From positions 55,404 through 119,403 of the forward strand of contig CABYTP010000002.1 of assembly GCA_902521955.1 (NCBI GenBank): 64,000 nucleotides of DNA, in the 5' to 3' direction. Position 1 is the stretch's first letter. Every line of letters starts with the position of its first letter. The translations under genes were made by a program, and so were the position numbers. Shown here in pieces: positions 53,151 through 63,587 of this stretch. The notes beneath the pieces are model-generated. The model saw only the letters and a program-made list of their open reading frames with translations, made no database searches and was not told the DNA's origin. This DNA is from an uncultured Candidatus Actinomarina sp. (GTDB taxonomy: Bacteria; Actinomycetota; Acidimicrobiia; Actinomarinales; Actinomarinaceae).

Positions 53151-54146
53151 CTATCGAACAGCAACTATTCTTCCCACAGTTTTTCTTGTACCAATTAATT
53201 CTAGGTATTGCACGACTTTGTCAAAAGTTATTGTTTTAAAAACTGGGTCTATTCTATTTGATGTGTAGTGATCAAATATTATATTCATACGGTCTTCTAA
53301 GTAATCTCTATCGTCATTTTCAAAGCTAATCATAAAAACTCCCATTATTGATATATTTTTAACGAGTATGTAACTAAGCAATTGTGATGGGATATTGCCA
53401 CTTGCAAAACCAACAATTAGAGCACGGCCTTCCGAAGCGAGCAATTTAATACCTTGTTCGTATGCATCTCCCCCAACCTGGTCATAAAAAACATTAACTG
53501 CTCGTTTGCCGAAATGTTTCTCCACAGTATCTTTAAGATTTTCTTTTCGATAATTAACAATCAAATCAGGATTATATTTTCGAATAGTCTCTATTTTTTC
53601 ATCCGAACCAACAGCTGCAATAACTTTTGCTCCTTCAATTTTTGCTAATTGAACTGCTGATAAACCAACACCTCCTGCTGCTGCATTTATAAGTATGATT
53701 TCATCTTTTTGGATTTGAGCCCTTCTGTGTAATGCGAAATCTGAGGTTAAATAAGACATTAATATTGCTGCTCCAACTTCATAAGATATGTCATCTGGAA
53801 GCTTATATGCTAGGTTTTCTGAAGCAACACAGAACTCACCAAAACTCCCATGCCTACCAGATCTAAATACTGTTGTTGCTGCTACCACCCTATCACCTGT
53901 TTTAAATTTACTTTTTGATGAACACTCTCTGACAATTCCAGCTACTTCAAATCCAGGAACAAATGGAATTTCGGGATTTGACTGATACATTCCACTTGAT
54001 AAAAGTAAGTCAGCAAAATTTAATGTTGCGGCTTGAGTTTCAATAATTAACTCATTTTGATTGAGCTTGGGATATTCCATGTTTGAAAACTCTAGTTCCG
54101 TGTAGGGAGCTACATTTTTTTGAACCCAAGCTTTGTATTCATTCAT
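53151..54146 (-). CDS. NADPH:quinone oxidoreductase / zinc-independent MDR-family oxidoreductase
   Basis: Rossmann motif AAAGGVGLSAVQLAK; zeta-crystallin-like MDR length (331 aa). Confidence 0.8.
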   Translation of the reverse strand: MNEYKAWVQKNVAPYTELEFSNMEYPKLNQNELIIETQAATLNFADLLLSSGMYQSNPEIPFVPGFEVAGIVRECSSKSKFKTGDRVVAATTVFRSGRHGSFGEFCVASENLAYKLPDDISYEVGAAILMSYLTSDFALHRRAQIQKDEIILINAAAGGVGLSAVQLAKIEGAKVIAAVGSDEKIETIRKYNPDLIVNYRKENLKDTVEKHFGKRAVNVFYDQVGGDAYEQGIKLLASEGRALIVGFASGNIPSQLLSYILVKNISIMGVFMISFENDDRDYLEDRMNIIFDHYTSNRIDPVFKTITFDKVVQYLELIGTRKTVGRIVAVR

Positions 54147-54187
54147 ATCAATATCTTAAAAGATTTTAAAAATGCTAGCATTTACTT

Positions 54188-54568
54188 ATGGAAGTTATTT
54201 TAAAATATATTCACATTGTCGGATTATGTATTTGGCTTGGTTCAATGGTAACTTGGGCCGTATTCGCACCAAAATTAAATAAATTCGACCCATCTCGGAA
54301 TACCACCAGTGCACTTCGTGATTCTTTCAGTAAAATCTCATGGAGTTCTTATGCAATTTCTTTACTATCAGGAATAACTCTATACTTTTTAAATGAAAGT
54401 ACTACTTCTAACTGGTACATCGAAGTAGGAGTTTTAGTATCAGCTGGTATAGTTATTGCTTTTCACAGCCTTTTAACAAATGTTAGCGAAGCTGTACGTG
54501 GAGCTTTTAATGGAGTTATGTTGATTCTCGCGCTTGTGGTTGTTTACTTGGCAACAGTTTATATTTAG
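54188..54568 (+). CDS. hypothetical 4-TM membrane protein
   Basis: 126 aa, four hydrophobic helices; no motif recognised. Confidence 0.45.
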   Translation: MEVILKYIHIVGLCIWLGSMVTWAVFAPKLNKFDPSRNTTSALRDSFSKISWSSYAISLLSGITLYFLNESTTSNWYIEVGVLVSAGIVIAFHSLLTNVSEAVRGAFNGVMLILALVVVYLATVYI

Positions 54569-55089
54569 AAAGAACTAATTAAATCTAATTCTTTTTGAGA
54601 AATGACTCCGTAACCTCTTGCAATTATGTTTTTTGTATCTTTAGCAACTAAAAACCAATAAATTGTGTCTTCATTTGGAATATCAAGATCTTTTCTAAAC
54701 TGATCTTTATCTAAATATGCTGTGATGGTTCTGTTTCTTATTCTGTCATCTCTAATGCCAGCTCGCATTACTCCGTCTAAATACATTTCATTTAATTTTG
54801 TAGATTTTCTTATTGTTGGAACCTCAATTATATTGAGTGTTTCTCCAAGTCCGTTGTCTTCAAGTAATAATATAGATTCATCTACTAAAGACTGATGCCA
54901 TTGTTGGAAAGCAACGATAACGACTAAATTCTTATCTACAAAATCATCTGGGACAACTTTTTTTTCTTTATTTAAATTGTTACCTTGAATGGATGGAAAC
55001 TCGTTTAACTCAGGACTCATGTATACGTCTTCACTATTTTGACAACTTACTAACAAAACAAATAATAATAAACAAAGCTTAAGTCTCAC
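54565..55089 (-). CDS. hypothetical lipoprotein
   Basis: Signal peptide plus lipobox LLVSCQ; 174 aa. Confidence 0.5.
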   Translation of the reverse strand: MRLKLCLLLFVLLVSCQNSEDVYMSPELNEFPSIQGNNLNKEKKVVPDDFVDKNLVVIVAFQQWHQSLVDESILLLEDNGLGETLNIIEVPTIRKSTKLNEMYLDGVMRAGIRDDRIRNRTITAYLDKDQFRKDLDIPNEDTIYWFLVAKDTKNIIARGYGVISQKELDLISSF

Positions 55090-55510
55090 CTAAGGCTGCC
55101 CCTAAGCTTTTTATTTGAGTATCCATTACTTTATTAAATAAAACACTTACAAATGGTGAGAGGACAAAGTAGGGAAATTTAAATTTGATGTTAACTGAAT
55201 ATGTTAGCTCAGTGCCTTTTGAGTTTGCTGACAAAAATATAGTATCGACGATTGTAAAAATGCTTGCTTTTGCTTCAAGGGAAACTCTTAATGGTGGACC
55301 CCATTCAACAACTTCATAATCATAAACTCTTGGTTTGTTATTAAAGTGAGTTTTAACTCTAAATACTGAGCCAAGCCTGAGGGGTTCTTTGGTTATTAAC
55401 TCACCATCATCACCCTCAGCCCATTTATTCAAATTACGGAAATCAGACATAAATTCATAGACAGTATTGATGTCTTCTTTAACAGTTATAGTTCTTGAGA
55501 AATTTGGCAT
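55079..55510 (-). CDS. SRPBCC (START/Bet v1/polyketide-cyclase-like) family protein
   Basis: 143 aa; N-terminal TITVKEDINTVYEFMSDFRNLNKW pattern typical of SRPBCC ligand-binding proteins. Confidence 0.55.
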   Translation of the reverse strand: MPNFSRTITVKEDINTVYEFMSDFRNLNKWAEGDDGELITKEPLRLGSVFRVKTHFNNKPRVYDYEVVEWGPPLRVSLEAKASIFTIVDTIFLSANSKGTELTYSVNIKFKFPYFVLSPFVSVLFNKVMDTQIKSLGAALGET

Positions 55511-55549
55511 AGGTTAATATTACGTAATAATTGAAATTGTACGAAATAT

Positions 55550-56374
55550 TTATCTTAGATTTAAAGATCTATTTCTAAACCCAATAAACCCAATAGCCAA
55601 AAATAATGCTATTTTTCCAATTACAAGAAATAAGTCCCCAGCAATTAAACCATCTTGATAGGGATTGCCATACGCACCAAAGGAAGAAATGTTGTCATCA
55701 ATCCATAAAAATAAGTCATTTGTACCTTTCAATGAATTTGCTAAATATTCAATTGCCATCAGACCTCCACCAAAAGCCCATGCCATTGATGATTTACCTG
55801 TATATGCTCCAAGTGCAAACCCTAAAACTCCAAAACTTACCCCAGCTAAAGCTCCCTGTAAAGTTGCTTTCATTAAAGGTACGTAATCGAGTGTTTGGCT
55901 AAGTTCCATGGTTGCAATTGGAATAAACATAATATTCGTCCATGCAAAGCATATAAACAAACCAAAAAATACAGCTACCAGTGATTGTGTAAGGTAAACT
56001 GTTGATCGTGTCATTGGTAAAGCTGCAACAAATTCAAAAGTTCCGTCTTCCTCCGCTTTTGAGCCAAGTTTGTTTAAAAGAATTATTGTGGCTATTCCAA
56101 TTAAAATAGGCACAAAAGGAATCATAAAATAAGTTGTTACCATTCCTTCTAAGGTAAAAACGTTATCCCAATCTGAAATTCCGAATAAGTTCATCATCGT
56201 TTCATTTTCAGACATACCTCTAAAAGCCTCTCGTTGAGTATCGATAAGTAAACTCTCTACACTTGAGTTTGCAAAAGCTAGTGGTAGTATCAATAAATAC
56301 AACCCCGGAGCAATTGTCCAGTTTAAAATAAATTTTCTTGGGACTGTCACCATATATTTTAAGTAATTAAACAT
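55550..56374 (-). CDS. ABC-2 type exporter permease
   Basis: 274 aa, six TM; immediately downstream of the ABC ATPase with adjoining stop and start. Confidence 0.7.
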   Translation of the reverse strand: MFNYLKYMVTVPRKFILNWTIAPGLYLLILPLAFANSSVESLLIDTQREAFRGMSENETMMNLFGISDWDNVFTLEGMVTTYFMIPFVPILIGIATIILLNKLGSKAEEDGTFEFVAALPMTRSTVYLTQSLVAVFFGLFICFAWTNIMFIPIATMELSQTLDYVPLMKATLQGALAGVSFGVLGFALGAYTGKSSMAWAFGGGLMAIEYLANSLKGTNDLFLWIDDNISSFGAYGNPYQDGLIAGDLFLVIGKIALFLAIGFIGFRNRSLNLR

Positions 56375-57087
56375 TAACCCTCTCTCCTTTCATAAAATTT
56401 AAAAAAGGCATCTTCTAAATCTTCACCCTGTTCTGCAGCCTTGCTTGAAAACGTCTCATAAGATTCATCATATATTTTTGCACCGTCTCGTAAAACGGCC
56501 ATTGAGTCGGCAACTTTTTCAACCTCAGAAATAATATGTGATGATAAAAGTATTGCAGCACCATTATTTGCAAATTCTTTAATAATTTCAAAAAATGTTC
56601 TTTGATGAAAAGGGTCTAGTCCTGAAGTTGGCTCGTCTAAAATTAATGCCTTTGGCTTATGAAGTACTGCTAGTATCAATGCGACTTTTTGTCTGTTACC
56701 TTTAGATAATTCTTTAATAGTTTGATCAACTTCCAATTCAAATTTTTCTGCTAATTCCATTGCATAATCAGTTGTTTGAGCTCTCATGTCAGCACCAAGT
56801 TTAAATAATGATTTAGAATTTAAATTTTGTGGAAGTTGAGGATCTCCAGGTAAATATCCTATTATTTTCTTTGCTTCAACAGGATTTTCAATTGTATTTA
56901 TTCCATCAATTGAAAGAGAACCCTCCGAGGGGATTAAAAAACCCATAAGACTTCTCATTGTTGTTGATTTTCCAGCTCCGTTTGGTCCAAGAAGACCTTT
57001 TACTTCACCATTGTCAACGGCGAGATTGATATCTCCTACACCTTTTCCATTTTTGTATCTCATAGTGAGATTTGATATCTCAATCAT
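56374..57087 (-). CDS. ABC transporter ATP-binding protein (ABC-2 exporter family)
   Basis: Walker A GPNGAGKST, signature LSKGNRQKVAL, Walker B LILDEPTSGLD. Confidence 0.88.
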   Translation of the reverse strand: MIEISNLTMRYKNGKGVGDINLAVDNGEVKGLLGPNGAGKSTTMRSLMGFLIPSEGSLSIDGINTIENPVEAKKIIGYLPGDPQLPQNLNSKSLFKLGADMRAQTTDYAMELAEKFELEVDQTIKELSKGNRQKVALILAVLHKPKALILDEPTSGLDPFHQRTFFEIIKEFANNGAAILLSSHIISEVEKVADSMAVLRDGAKIYDESYETFSSKAAEQGEDLEDAFFKFYERREG

Positions 57088-57122
57088 AATTTTATTTTAT
57101 CTAGTTTTAGAATATTGAGATA

Positions 57123-57257
57123 CTATTCCTCTAAATTTTCATTCTTTTGTTTATTTCTAAGCCAGGTAAGTAATAACGCAGGAATTAAAAACATCAGCAT
57201 TTCATCCCAGCCACCTTGGTGGTGCATTACTGGGGGTGGAATAATCTTAATTAACAT
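57123..57257 (-). CDS. candidate 44-aa membrane peptide translationally coupled to nuoN (cluster 2)
   Basis: MLIKIIPPPVMHHQGGWDEMLMFLIPALLLTWLRNKQKNENLEE. Its ATG overlaps the nuoN stop (TAATG). Too short for the ORF track. Confidence 0.3.
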   Translation of the reverse strand: MLIKIIPPPVMHHQGGWDEMLMFLIPALLLTWLRNKQKNENLEE

Positions 57258-58729
57258 TACAGATAGTTTTCCACCATCCAACGAGTAATATTTACAAGCG
57301 TGTTAGGTAATAGTCCTAAATAAATAGTTAAAAATGCAAGCGTACTAATTAATAATTTATCAGAATTTTGTATTTTGATTTGCTCAATTGTATTGTCTGT
57401 TTTTTCAATTGCAGCAACCCAAATAGGTTTTAAGTAAAAGTAAAACCCGGCAACGGTAGAAAGCATCAATACTGTGACTAATATATATTTTTCATATGAC
57501 CAAAGATTTGTAATTAAAATAAATTTTGATACAAAACCGCTAGTCAATGGAAGTCCTGCAATTCCAAGCATAAATATTGAAAAAGTAATAGTTAGAAATT
57601 TATTTTCTTTAAATAATCCAGATAAATTACTAATTGCAAAATTTGAACTAAGTTGACCACTAATTATTGAAAAGATTGTAAACACACCAATAAGCTGAAT
57701 AATGTACGTTGCAAGATAAAAGATAGATGCACTAATTCCATATACTCCAAACGATATACCTGAAAGAATAAATCCAGATTGTATAACTCCACTGTAAGCT
57801 ATCAATCTCTTAAGATCTAATTGATTAGTTGCAAATAATGCACCCAATAATACTGAGAGAATTATGACAGCAGTAAAAAATAGATCGAACTTATCAATTA
57901 TAAAATTCAACGAAACAGCTGAGAGTCTAGCTAAAACAATAAATGATGAAACTTTTGCTACTGAGGCCATGTAACCCACATAACCAGTTGGAGAACCTTG
58001 GTAAACATCAGGAGCCCATGCTTGAAATGGAGCTGCCGCAACTTTAAACAACAATCCAACAATTATTAAAATTAGCCCAATAAGACTTGTCAGTGGAACA
58101 TTTTCAGGGCCAATAAAGCTTATTGCTATGCTAGTTTCATAAACACCACTTATAGATAAGGAAACATAAACCAATGCGATTCCGTAAATTAATATACAGG
58201 AGGCGAGTGACCCCAAAAGGAAATATTTTAATGATGCCTCATTACTGAGCTGATCTCCCCTGTTTAAGCCAGCAAGAGCATAGAGACTTATAGAGCCAAT
58301 TTCTAGACCTATAAATAACATAATAAAATTTTCAGAATCAACCATCAGTAAAAATCCTGAAGCTGACATTAAAATTAAAATTAAAGCTTCAGTTGTTTTG
58401 TTATCTATTTGAGAAGATGTTTTCCAAAAAGAATTAAAAGTAAACAACAAAACTAAAACTATTAACACATTACCTACTAGAGCAAATTCGTCTAAGAGAA
58501 TCTTTTCAGAAAAATAAGAAGAGACTCCATCAGAGAGAAATAAGCCAAATTTTAGAAATACAGCAAACACGGTAGACAAAATTCCAAATAAAGTAACGTA
58601 TTTTTTTACAAATGTAGGTGTGGAAATAGTAATTGTTACAAAAAGAAGTATCAGAGCTGTTGCAAGAAGAGTTAATGTTGGGCCAATAACAACAAAGTTG
58701 AATCCTAAAATATCAGAAATTCCTGTCAT
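57257..58729 (-). CDS. nuoN: NADH-quinone oxidoreductase subunit N (cluster 2)
   Basis: 490-aa antiporter-like subunit. Confidence 0.85.
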   Translation of the reverse strand: MTGISDILGFNFVVIGPTLTLLATALILLFVTITISTPTFVKKYVTLFGILSTVFAVFLKFGLFLSDGVSSYFSEKILLDEFALVGNVLIVLVLLFTFNSFWKTSSQIDNKTTEALILILMSASGFLLMVDSENFIMLFIGLEIGSISLYALAGLNRGDQLSNEASLKYFLLGSLASCILIYGIALVYVSLSISGVYETSIAISFIGPENVPLTSLIGLILIIVGLLFKVAAAPFQAWAPDVYQGSPTGYVGYMASVAKVSSFIVLARLSAVSLNFIIDKFDLFFTAVIILSVLLGALFATNQLDLKRLIAYSGVIQSGFILSGISFGVYGISASIFYLATYIIQLIGVFTIFSIISGQLSSNFAISNLSGLFKENKFLTITFSIFMLGIAGLPLTSGFVSKFILITNLWSYEKYILVTVLMLSTVAGFYFYLKPIWVAAIEKTDNTIEQIKIQNSDKLLISTLAFLTIYLGLLPNTLVNITRWMVENYL

Positions 58730-60213
58730 TTTGTACTCCTGAATAATGATATTGTTTCACTTAAATTTCCTGCTTCTTGAATAACAAAGCTCTCAATATA
58801 ACTTGGAAAAATCCCTATAAATAACATTAGTAAAACCAAAGGGAAAATAGATACCGTTTCTCTTAAATTCAAGTCTTGTAAATTTTTATTTTCTTCGTTT
58901 GATAAAGGTCCTGTAAATACTCTTTGATATGCCCACAGCATATAAATAGCAGCTAAGACAACGCCAAAAGCAGCTATTGAAGTTAACACTTTATAAGAAT
59001 TGTAGCTTCCCATCAAAATCATAAACTCTCCTACGAAACCATTCAATCCTGGTAGACCTATCGATGCAAAAGATGTGAAGAGAAAGATTGCAGCATATCT
59101 AGGCATTGTTATCTTAACTCCACCAAAAGAGCTTATATTTCTTGTATGTCTTCTTTCGTATATAAACCCAACCAACATAAATAACGCACCAGCAGTTATT
59201 CCATGATTGATCATTTGAATAATAGCTCCCTCTATACTTAAAAACTCTCCAGCTGATATACCAAGCATTACATATCCCATATGACTAATTGAGGAATATG
59301 CAATGAGTTTTTTGATATCTATTTGAGCTATCGCAACTACAGCACCATATATAATTCCAATTACAGACAACACTGCGACTAAATTTTTATATTCAAGGAA
59401 ACCTTCTGTAAAGAAAGGTATCGAAACTCTAAGAATCCCATAGGCCCCTACTTTTAATAGAATACCTGCTAATAAAATACTTCCTGCAGTTGGAGCTTCA
59501 ACGTGTGCATCCGGTAGCCATGTGTGTAGCGGAAAAATAGGAACTTTAATAAGAAAGCCAAAAGTAAATAGTAGAAATAAAGTCTTAGATTGTGAAGCAC
59601 TTATTTGAAGAGTAGAAAGTGTTTCAAAATCAACTGCTAATCTTGCATTAACTCCATAGCTAATGACAGCTGTGTAAACGGTACCTATAAAGATAAATAT
59701 TGAACCAAAGACTGTATATAAAATAAATTTAATTGTTGCATATCTTCTATTATCACCACCCCAAATTCCCATTAAAAAATACATAGGTATCAAAAGTGCT
59801 TCAAAGAAAATAAATAACGAAATTAAATCTCCGCTAATAAATACTCCATTAATTGCAAAATGTAAAGTCAGAATAGATCCAATAAAACCCTTGCTCTCAC
59901 TATGTTCTTTGCCAATAGACAATAAAGAAAGTAGCACAAGCAAAGAGCTTAATAATAAAAGCAAAGTTGACATTCCGGATATGCCAAGGTTTATTTCTAA
60001 TCCATAGACTTGAATCCACTCAAACTTTAGCAGAATTTGGAAGTCTGATTTTGAATAATCACTAAACAGGATGTACATAGATTGTGTAAACGTTATTAAG
60101 GAAAATACAATTCCAATTGGTCTAAAAAGCTCTTTTCTAGTATTTGGAATAGAAAATATTAGAAAAGCACTAAAAAGGGGTACCAATAAAAGAGCAAGTA
60201 TAATTCCAGTCAC
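58726..60213 (-). CDS. nuoM: NADH-quinone oxidoreductase subunit M (cluster 2)
   Basis: 495-aa antiporter-like subunit. Confidence 0.87.
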   Translation of the reverse strand: MTGIILALLLVPLFSAFLIFSIPNTRKELFRPIGIVFSLITFTQSMYILFSDYSKSDFQILLKFEWIQVYGLEINLGISGMSTLLLLLSSLLVLLSLLSIGKEHSESKGFIGSILTLHFAINGVFISGDLISLFIFFEALLIPMYFLMGIWGGDNRRYATIKFILYTVFGSIFIFIGTVYTAVISYGVNARLAVDFETLSTLQISASQSKTLFLLFTFGFLIKVPIFPLHTWLPDAHVEAPTAGSILLAGILLKVGAYGILRVSIPFFTEGFLEYKNLVAVLSVIGIIYGAVVAIAQIDIKKLIAYSSISHMGYVMLGISAGEFLSIEGAIIQMINHGITAGALFMLVGFIYERRHTRNISSFGGVKITMPRYAAIFLFTSFASIGLPGLNGFVGEFMILMGSYNSYKVLTSIAAFGVVLAAIYMLWAYQRVFTGPLSNEENKNLQDLNLRETVSIFPLVLLMLFIGIFPSYIESFVIQEAGNLSETISLFRSTK

Positions 60214-62138
60214 TGTGCCACCAAGGGTGTAAAGATGAAAAGCGATATTAACAATACTAAAAATAAGCCGAAATAAACAACATAATTTCTAACTAACCCT
60301 GTTTGCGTTGCTGAGGTAATTCTTGAAGTTTTTCCAAATGCACTAGAAATAAAATTAACAGATCCATCTATTATCAATCCATCAACAATAACAGCTACTT
60401 TTCTTGAAACGTTTTTCATCCCAGATACAAAAAATACATTTCCAAATTTATTCAAATATAGGACATTGCTTGAAAGATCTTTTACAAGGTTAATTGGGGA
60501 CTCAAGTTTAAATTTTTCTAAGTTAATCCTTTTATGTAATTCAAATCCAAATATAAGAAAAGCAATAATTAGTCCTGTAAATCCTGCTCCTATAGAGATA
60601 ACAGCTAATACAACTAGTGCTATGCCCTCAGGAAGATGAGTTACTTCAACATTCTCAAGTGTTTCATGAAGAACTTTTTCTAAACCATGAAAGAAGGGTG
60701 TATTAATAAAGCCAATAAAAATTGAGAATATTCCTAAAAGAATTAATGGCCTTGTCATAGCTTTTGGTGCCTCTTGAACTTCTGAGTGATCTATTCCATT
60801 ATCCTTTTCAAAAATTAATAACCAGTGCCTACCCATATAAAAAGCTGTAAGTAAAGCTGCACCAAGTGTCAAAGACCAAAATAAATAATACATTATAGAA
60901 AACACCAATTCGTTTTGCATACCTGCCTTAGCAAACACTGATGCAAGTATTTCGTCTTTTGACCAAAAACCAGCCAAGGGAGGAATTCCAGAAATAGCTA
61001 AAGTCCCGATTCCCATCATTCCAGCAGTAATAGGCATTCTTTTTCTTAATCCACCCATTTTTCTCATATCTTGTTCATGATGCATTGAATGAATTACTGC
61101 ACCAGCCCCGAGAAATAGGAGTGCTTTAAAAAAGGCATGTGTAACTAAGTGAAAAATTGCTGCAACGTATGCACCTGCTCCTATTGCGATAAACATAAAA
61201 CCAAGTTGTGAAATAGTTGAGTAGGCTAATACTTTCTTGATATCATATTGATTCATCGCTGAAAATGCTGCTATTAATGCAGTGAGTAAACCAAAAGAAA
61301 TTATTACAATGCTCACAGTTACAGAATGTTGAAGCATAGGAGAGATTCGTACAAGCATAAAAACTCCAGCTGTGACCATTGTCGCTGCGTGGATTAAAGC
61401 ACTTGCTGGGGTGGGTCCTTCCATAGCATCAGGTAACCAACTAAATAAGGGAAATTGAGCAGACTTTCCAAAAGCTCCTAGAAGTAAAAATAAAGAAATA
61501 GTTGTAATGGTATTCTCACTTATATTGGTTGAACTCTGCATGACTGTATGAAAATCAAAAGTATTGAATGTATTTAAAATAATCATCAATCCAATCAAAA
61601 ATCCAAAATCTCCAATTCTGTTAATAACAAATGCTTTATTGCCTGCTTTAGCAGCAGCTGGTTTTTGGGACCAAAATGATATTAATAAGTAAGAACTTAG
61701 CCCAACTAATTCCCATCCAAAAAACATAACTAAAAAGTTTGATGACATAACTAAAAGCAACATGGAAAAGACAAAGAAGTTAAAATACACAAAATAATTA
61801 CTGTGTTTTTCATCTTCCTCCATATATGAAGTTGAAAAAAGTTGAATTACAAATGAAAGACCCGTTACTAAAAGCAACATGACACCCGATAAGCCATCAA
61901 GAGTGAACCCTATTGTAATATCTGGTGTTCTAGTCCATTGGTAAAGAGTTATGCTTATAGGTTTAAATTTATCTAGTGCAAAGGTAACAAAAGCAAAAAA
62001 CGAAATCGCAAATGACAAAAGTGCGCTATTTAATGTAAAAAAGTTGGTAACTAACTCATTAAATATTCTTCTATTTAAAAATAAAAAAATAGCAGTTAGA
62101 AGTGGAAGAAATATTGGAAGTATAAATAAAAAATCCAA
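60210..62138 (-). CDS. nuoL: NADH-quinone oxidoreductase subunit L (cluster 2)
   Basis: 642-aa antiporter-like subunit plus a C-terminal extension. Confidence 0.88.
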   Translation of the reverse strand: MDFLFILPIFLPLLTAIFLFLNRRIFNELVTNFFTLNSALLSFAISFFAFVTFALDKFKPISITLYQWTRTPDITIGFTLDGLSGVMLLLVTGLSFVIQLFSTSYMEEDEKHSNYFVYFNFFVFSMLLLVMSSNFLVMFFGWELVGLSSYLLISFWSQKPAAAKAGNKAFVINRIGDFGFLIGLMIILNTFNTFDFHTVMQSSTNISENTITTISLFLLLGAFGKSAQFPLFSWLPDAMEGPTPASALIHAATMVTAGVFMLVRISPMLQHSVTVSIVIISFGLLTALIAAFSAMNQYDIKKVLAYSTISQLGFMFIAIGAGAYVAAIFHLVTHAFFKALLFLGAGAVIHSMHHEQDMRKMGGLRKRMPITAGMMGIGTLAISGIPPLAGFWSKDEILASVFAKAGMQNELVFSIMYYLFWSLTLGAALLTAFYMGRHWLLIFEKDNGIDHSEVQEAPKAMTRPLILLGIFSIFIGFINTPFFHGLEKVLHETLENVEVTHLPEGIALVVLAVISIGAGFTGLIIAFLIFGFELHKRINLEKFKLESPINLVKDLSSNVLYLNKFGNVFFVSGMKNVSRKVAVIVDGLIIDGSVNFISSAFGKTSRITSATQTGLVRNYVVYFGLFLVLLISLFIFTPLVAQ

Positions 62139-62140
62139 AA

Positions 62141-62449
62141 CTATCCTCTTGATACATTTAATACGTCGACGGAGGCTGAGGATTGTTTTCTAAATATTGA
62201 AACAATTATTGCTAAGCCGACCACAACTTCAGCAGCTGCTACAACTAAAACAAAAAATACTGCAATTTGTCCATCTATCTGACCAAAGTGCTTGGATGCA
62301 GCAATAAAAGTTAGATTTACAGCATTTAACATTAATTCAATGCACATAAACATTATTAATGCATTTTTTCGAATCATCATGCCAAAAAATCCAATAGAAA
62401 AAAGAATTGCAGCTAGTGTTAAGTACCAATCTGTAGTGACCTCAAGCAT
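62141..62449 (-). CDS. nuoK: NADH-quinone oxidoreductase subunit K (cluster 2)
   Basis: 102 aa, 3 TM; ~45 % identity by eye to the cluster-1 NuoK. Confidence 0.88.
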   Translation of the reverse strand: MLEVTTDWYLTLAAILFSIGFFGMMIRKNALIMFMCIELMLNAVNLTFIAASKHFGQIDGQIAVFFVLVVAAAEVVVGLAIIVSIFRKQSSASVDVLNVSRG

Positions 62450-62969
62450 CTTTATTCCTTATTTTTGAATCATATGCTAAAGCTATTGCAGCAGCGGTAG
62501 CTACAATCAACAAGATAGATATAATCTCGAAAGGGAATATCCAAGTAGTAAAGAGTGTTCCTGCAATTAACTGTGGTGTTCCCTCAACAACATATTCAAC
62601 TGCTGGAAACCAGAGGTTCCAACTAAATTCTGAATTTACCGCTACATAAGCCAATAGAGACATCAAAATTAAGAAAACTCCACTTACCAGAAAGGTTTGA
62701 CCTTTAATTGAATCTGAAGTTTGTTCTTTTTTGTCCACACCTATCATCATTATCACAAAAAGAAATAATGTCATGACTGCACCTGCGTAAACTAGCATCT
62801 GCACCATTGCTACAAATGTTGCATTTAAAGTTATATAAATTATTGCAAGAGAAACTAATGTCATGACTAAGCCCATGGCATTATGAACAGGATTTTTTGC
62901 AAAGACTACTATGAGTGCTCCGATAATCAATAAAGAAGCAGGGAGGAAAAAAATTAAGAGTTCAAACAA
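62442..62969 (-). CDS. nuoJ: NADH-quinone oxidoreductase subunit J (cluster 2)
   Basis: 175-aa membrane subunit. Confidence 0.82.
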   Translation of the reverse strand: MFELLIFFLPASLLIIGALIVVFAKNPVHNAMGLVMTLVSLAIIYITLNATFVAMVQMLVYAGAVMTLFLFVIMMIGVDKKEQTSDSIKGQTFLVSGVFLILMSLLAYVAVNSEFSWNLWFPAVEYVVEGTPQLIAGTLFTTWIFPFEIISILLIVATAAAIALAYDSKIRNKDA

Positions 62970-63584
62970 TTACTCTTCCTCCAGGGCTTGACCTTTTTCT
63001 GGATCTTTTTTCCCAACACCTAGTGAGCCAGACCAATTAACAATATTCTCAAAATTGGGATTTCCATTTGGAGAAGTTGCTCTCATCCAGCCATCAGATG
63101 TCTGTAGATCTGCAATATTTGTGAGTTTTGTCTGCTCCTCATGTGTGTTAGGTGTACCATCATCGTTTACAACTAAAACAGACTTATCAAAAATTGCTTC
63201 AGACCTATTAGCTACACTCATTTCAAATAATGAGGTCATTGTTATTGCTTCTGTTGGACATGCTTCTACACAAAGTGCACAATAAATACATCTAAGCATG
63301 TTGATTTCATATATAAAACCGTATCTTTCGCCAGGACTTACTGGGTTGTCTTCTGGGTTGTCTTCACCTCTAACATAAATACATTGGGCAGGACAAACCC
63401 CAGCACAAAGTTCACAACCAATACATTTCTCCATTCCGTCTTCATATTTATTTAAAACATGTCGACCATGAAATCTTTGTGGCTTTTCTCTAAATTCTTT
63501 TGGATACTTATCTGTTACAGATTTTCTAAAAAGTTCTTTGAAAGTAACTTTTAAACCTTTAAATAAACCAAAACTTTCACTCAT
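62970..63584 (-). CDS. nuoI: NADH-quinone oxidoreductase subunit I with ~45-aa C-terminal extension (cluster 2)
   Basis: CIGCELCAGVCP and CIYCALCVEACP ferredoxin motifs; 204 aa. Confidence 0.9.
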   Translation of the reverse strand: MSESFGLFKGLKVTFKELFRKSVTDKYPKEFREKPQRFHGRHVLNKYEDGMEKCIGCELCAGVCPAQCIYVRGEDNPEDNPVSPGERYGFIYEINMLRCIYCALCVEACPTEAITMTSLFEMSVANRSEAIFDKSVLVVNDDGTPNTHEEQTKLTNIADLQTSDGWMRATSPNGNPNFENIVNWSGSLGVGKKDPEKGQALEEE

Positions 63585-63587
63585 AAT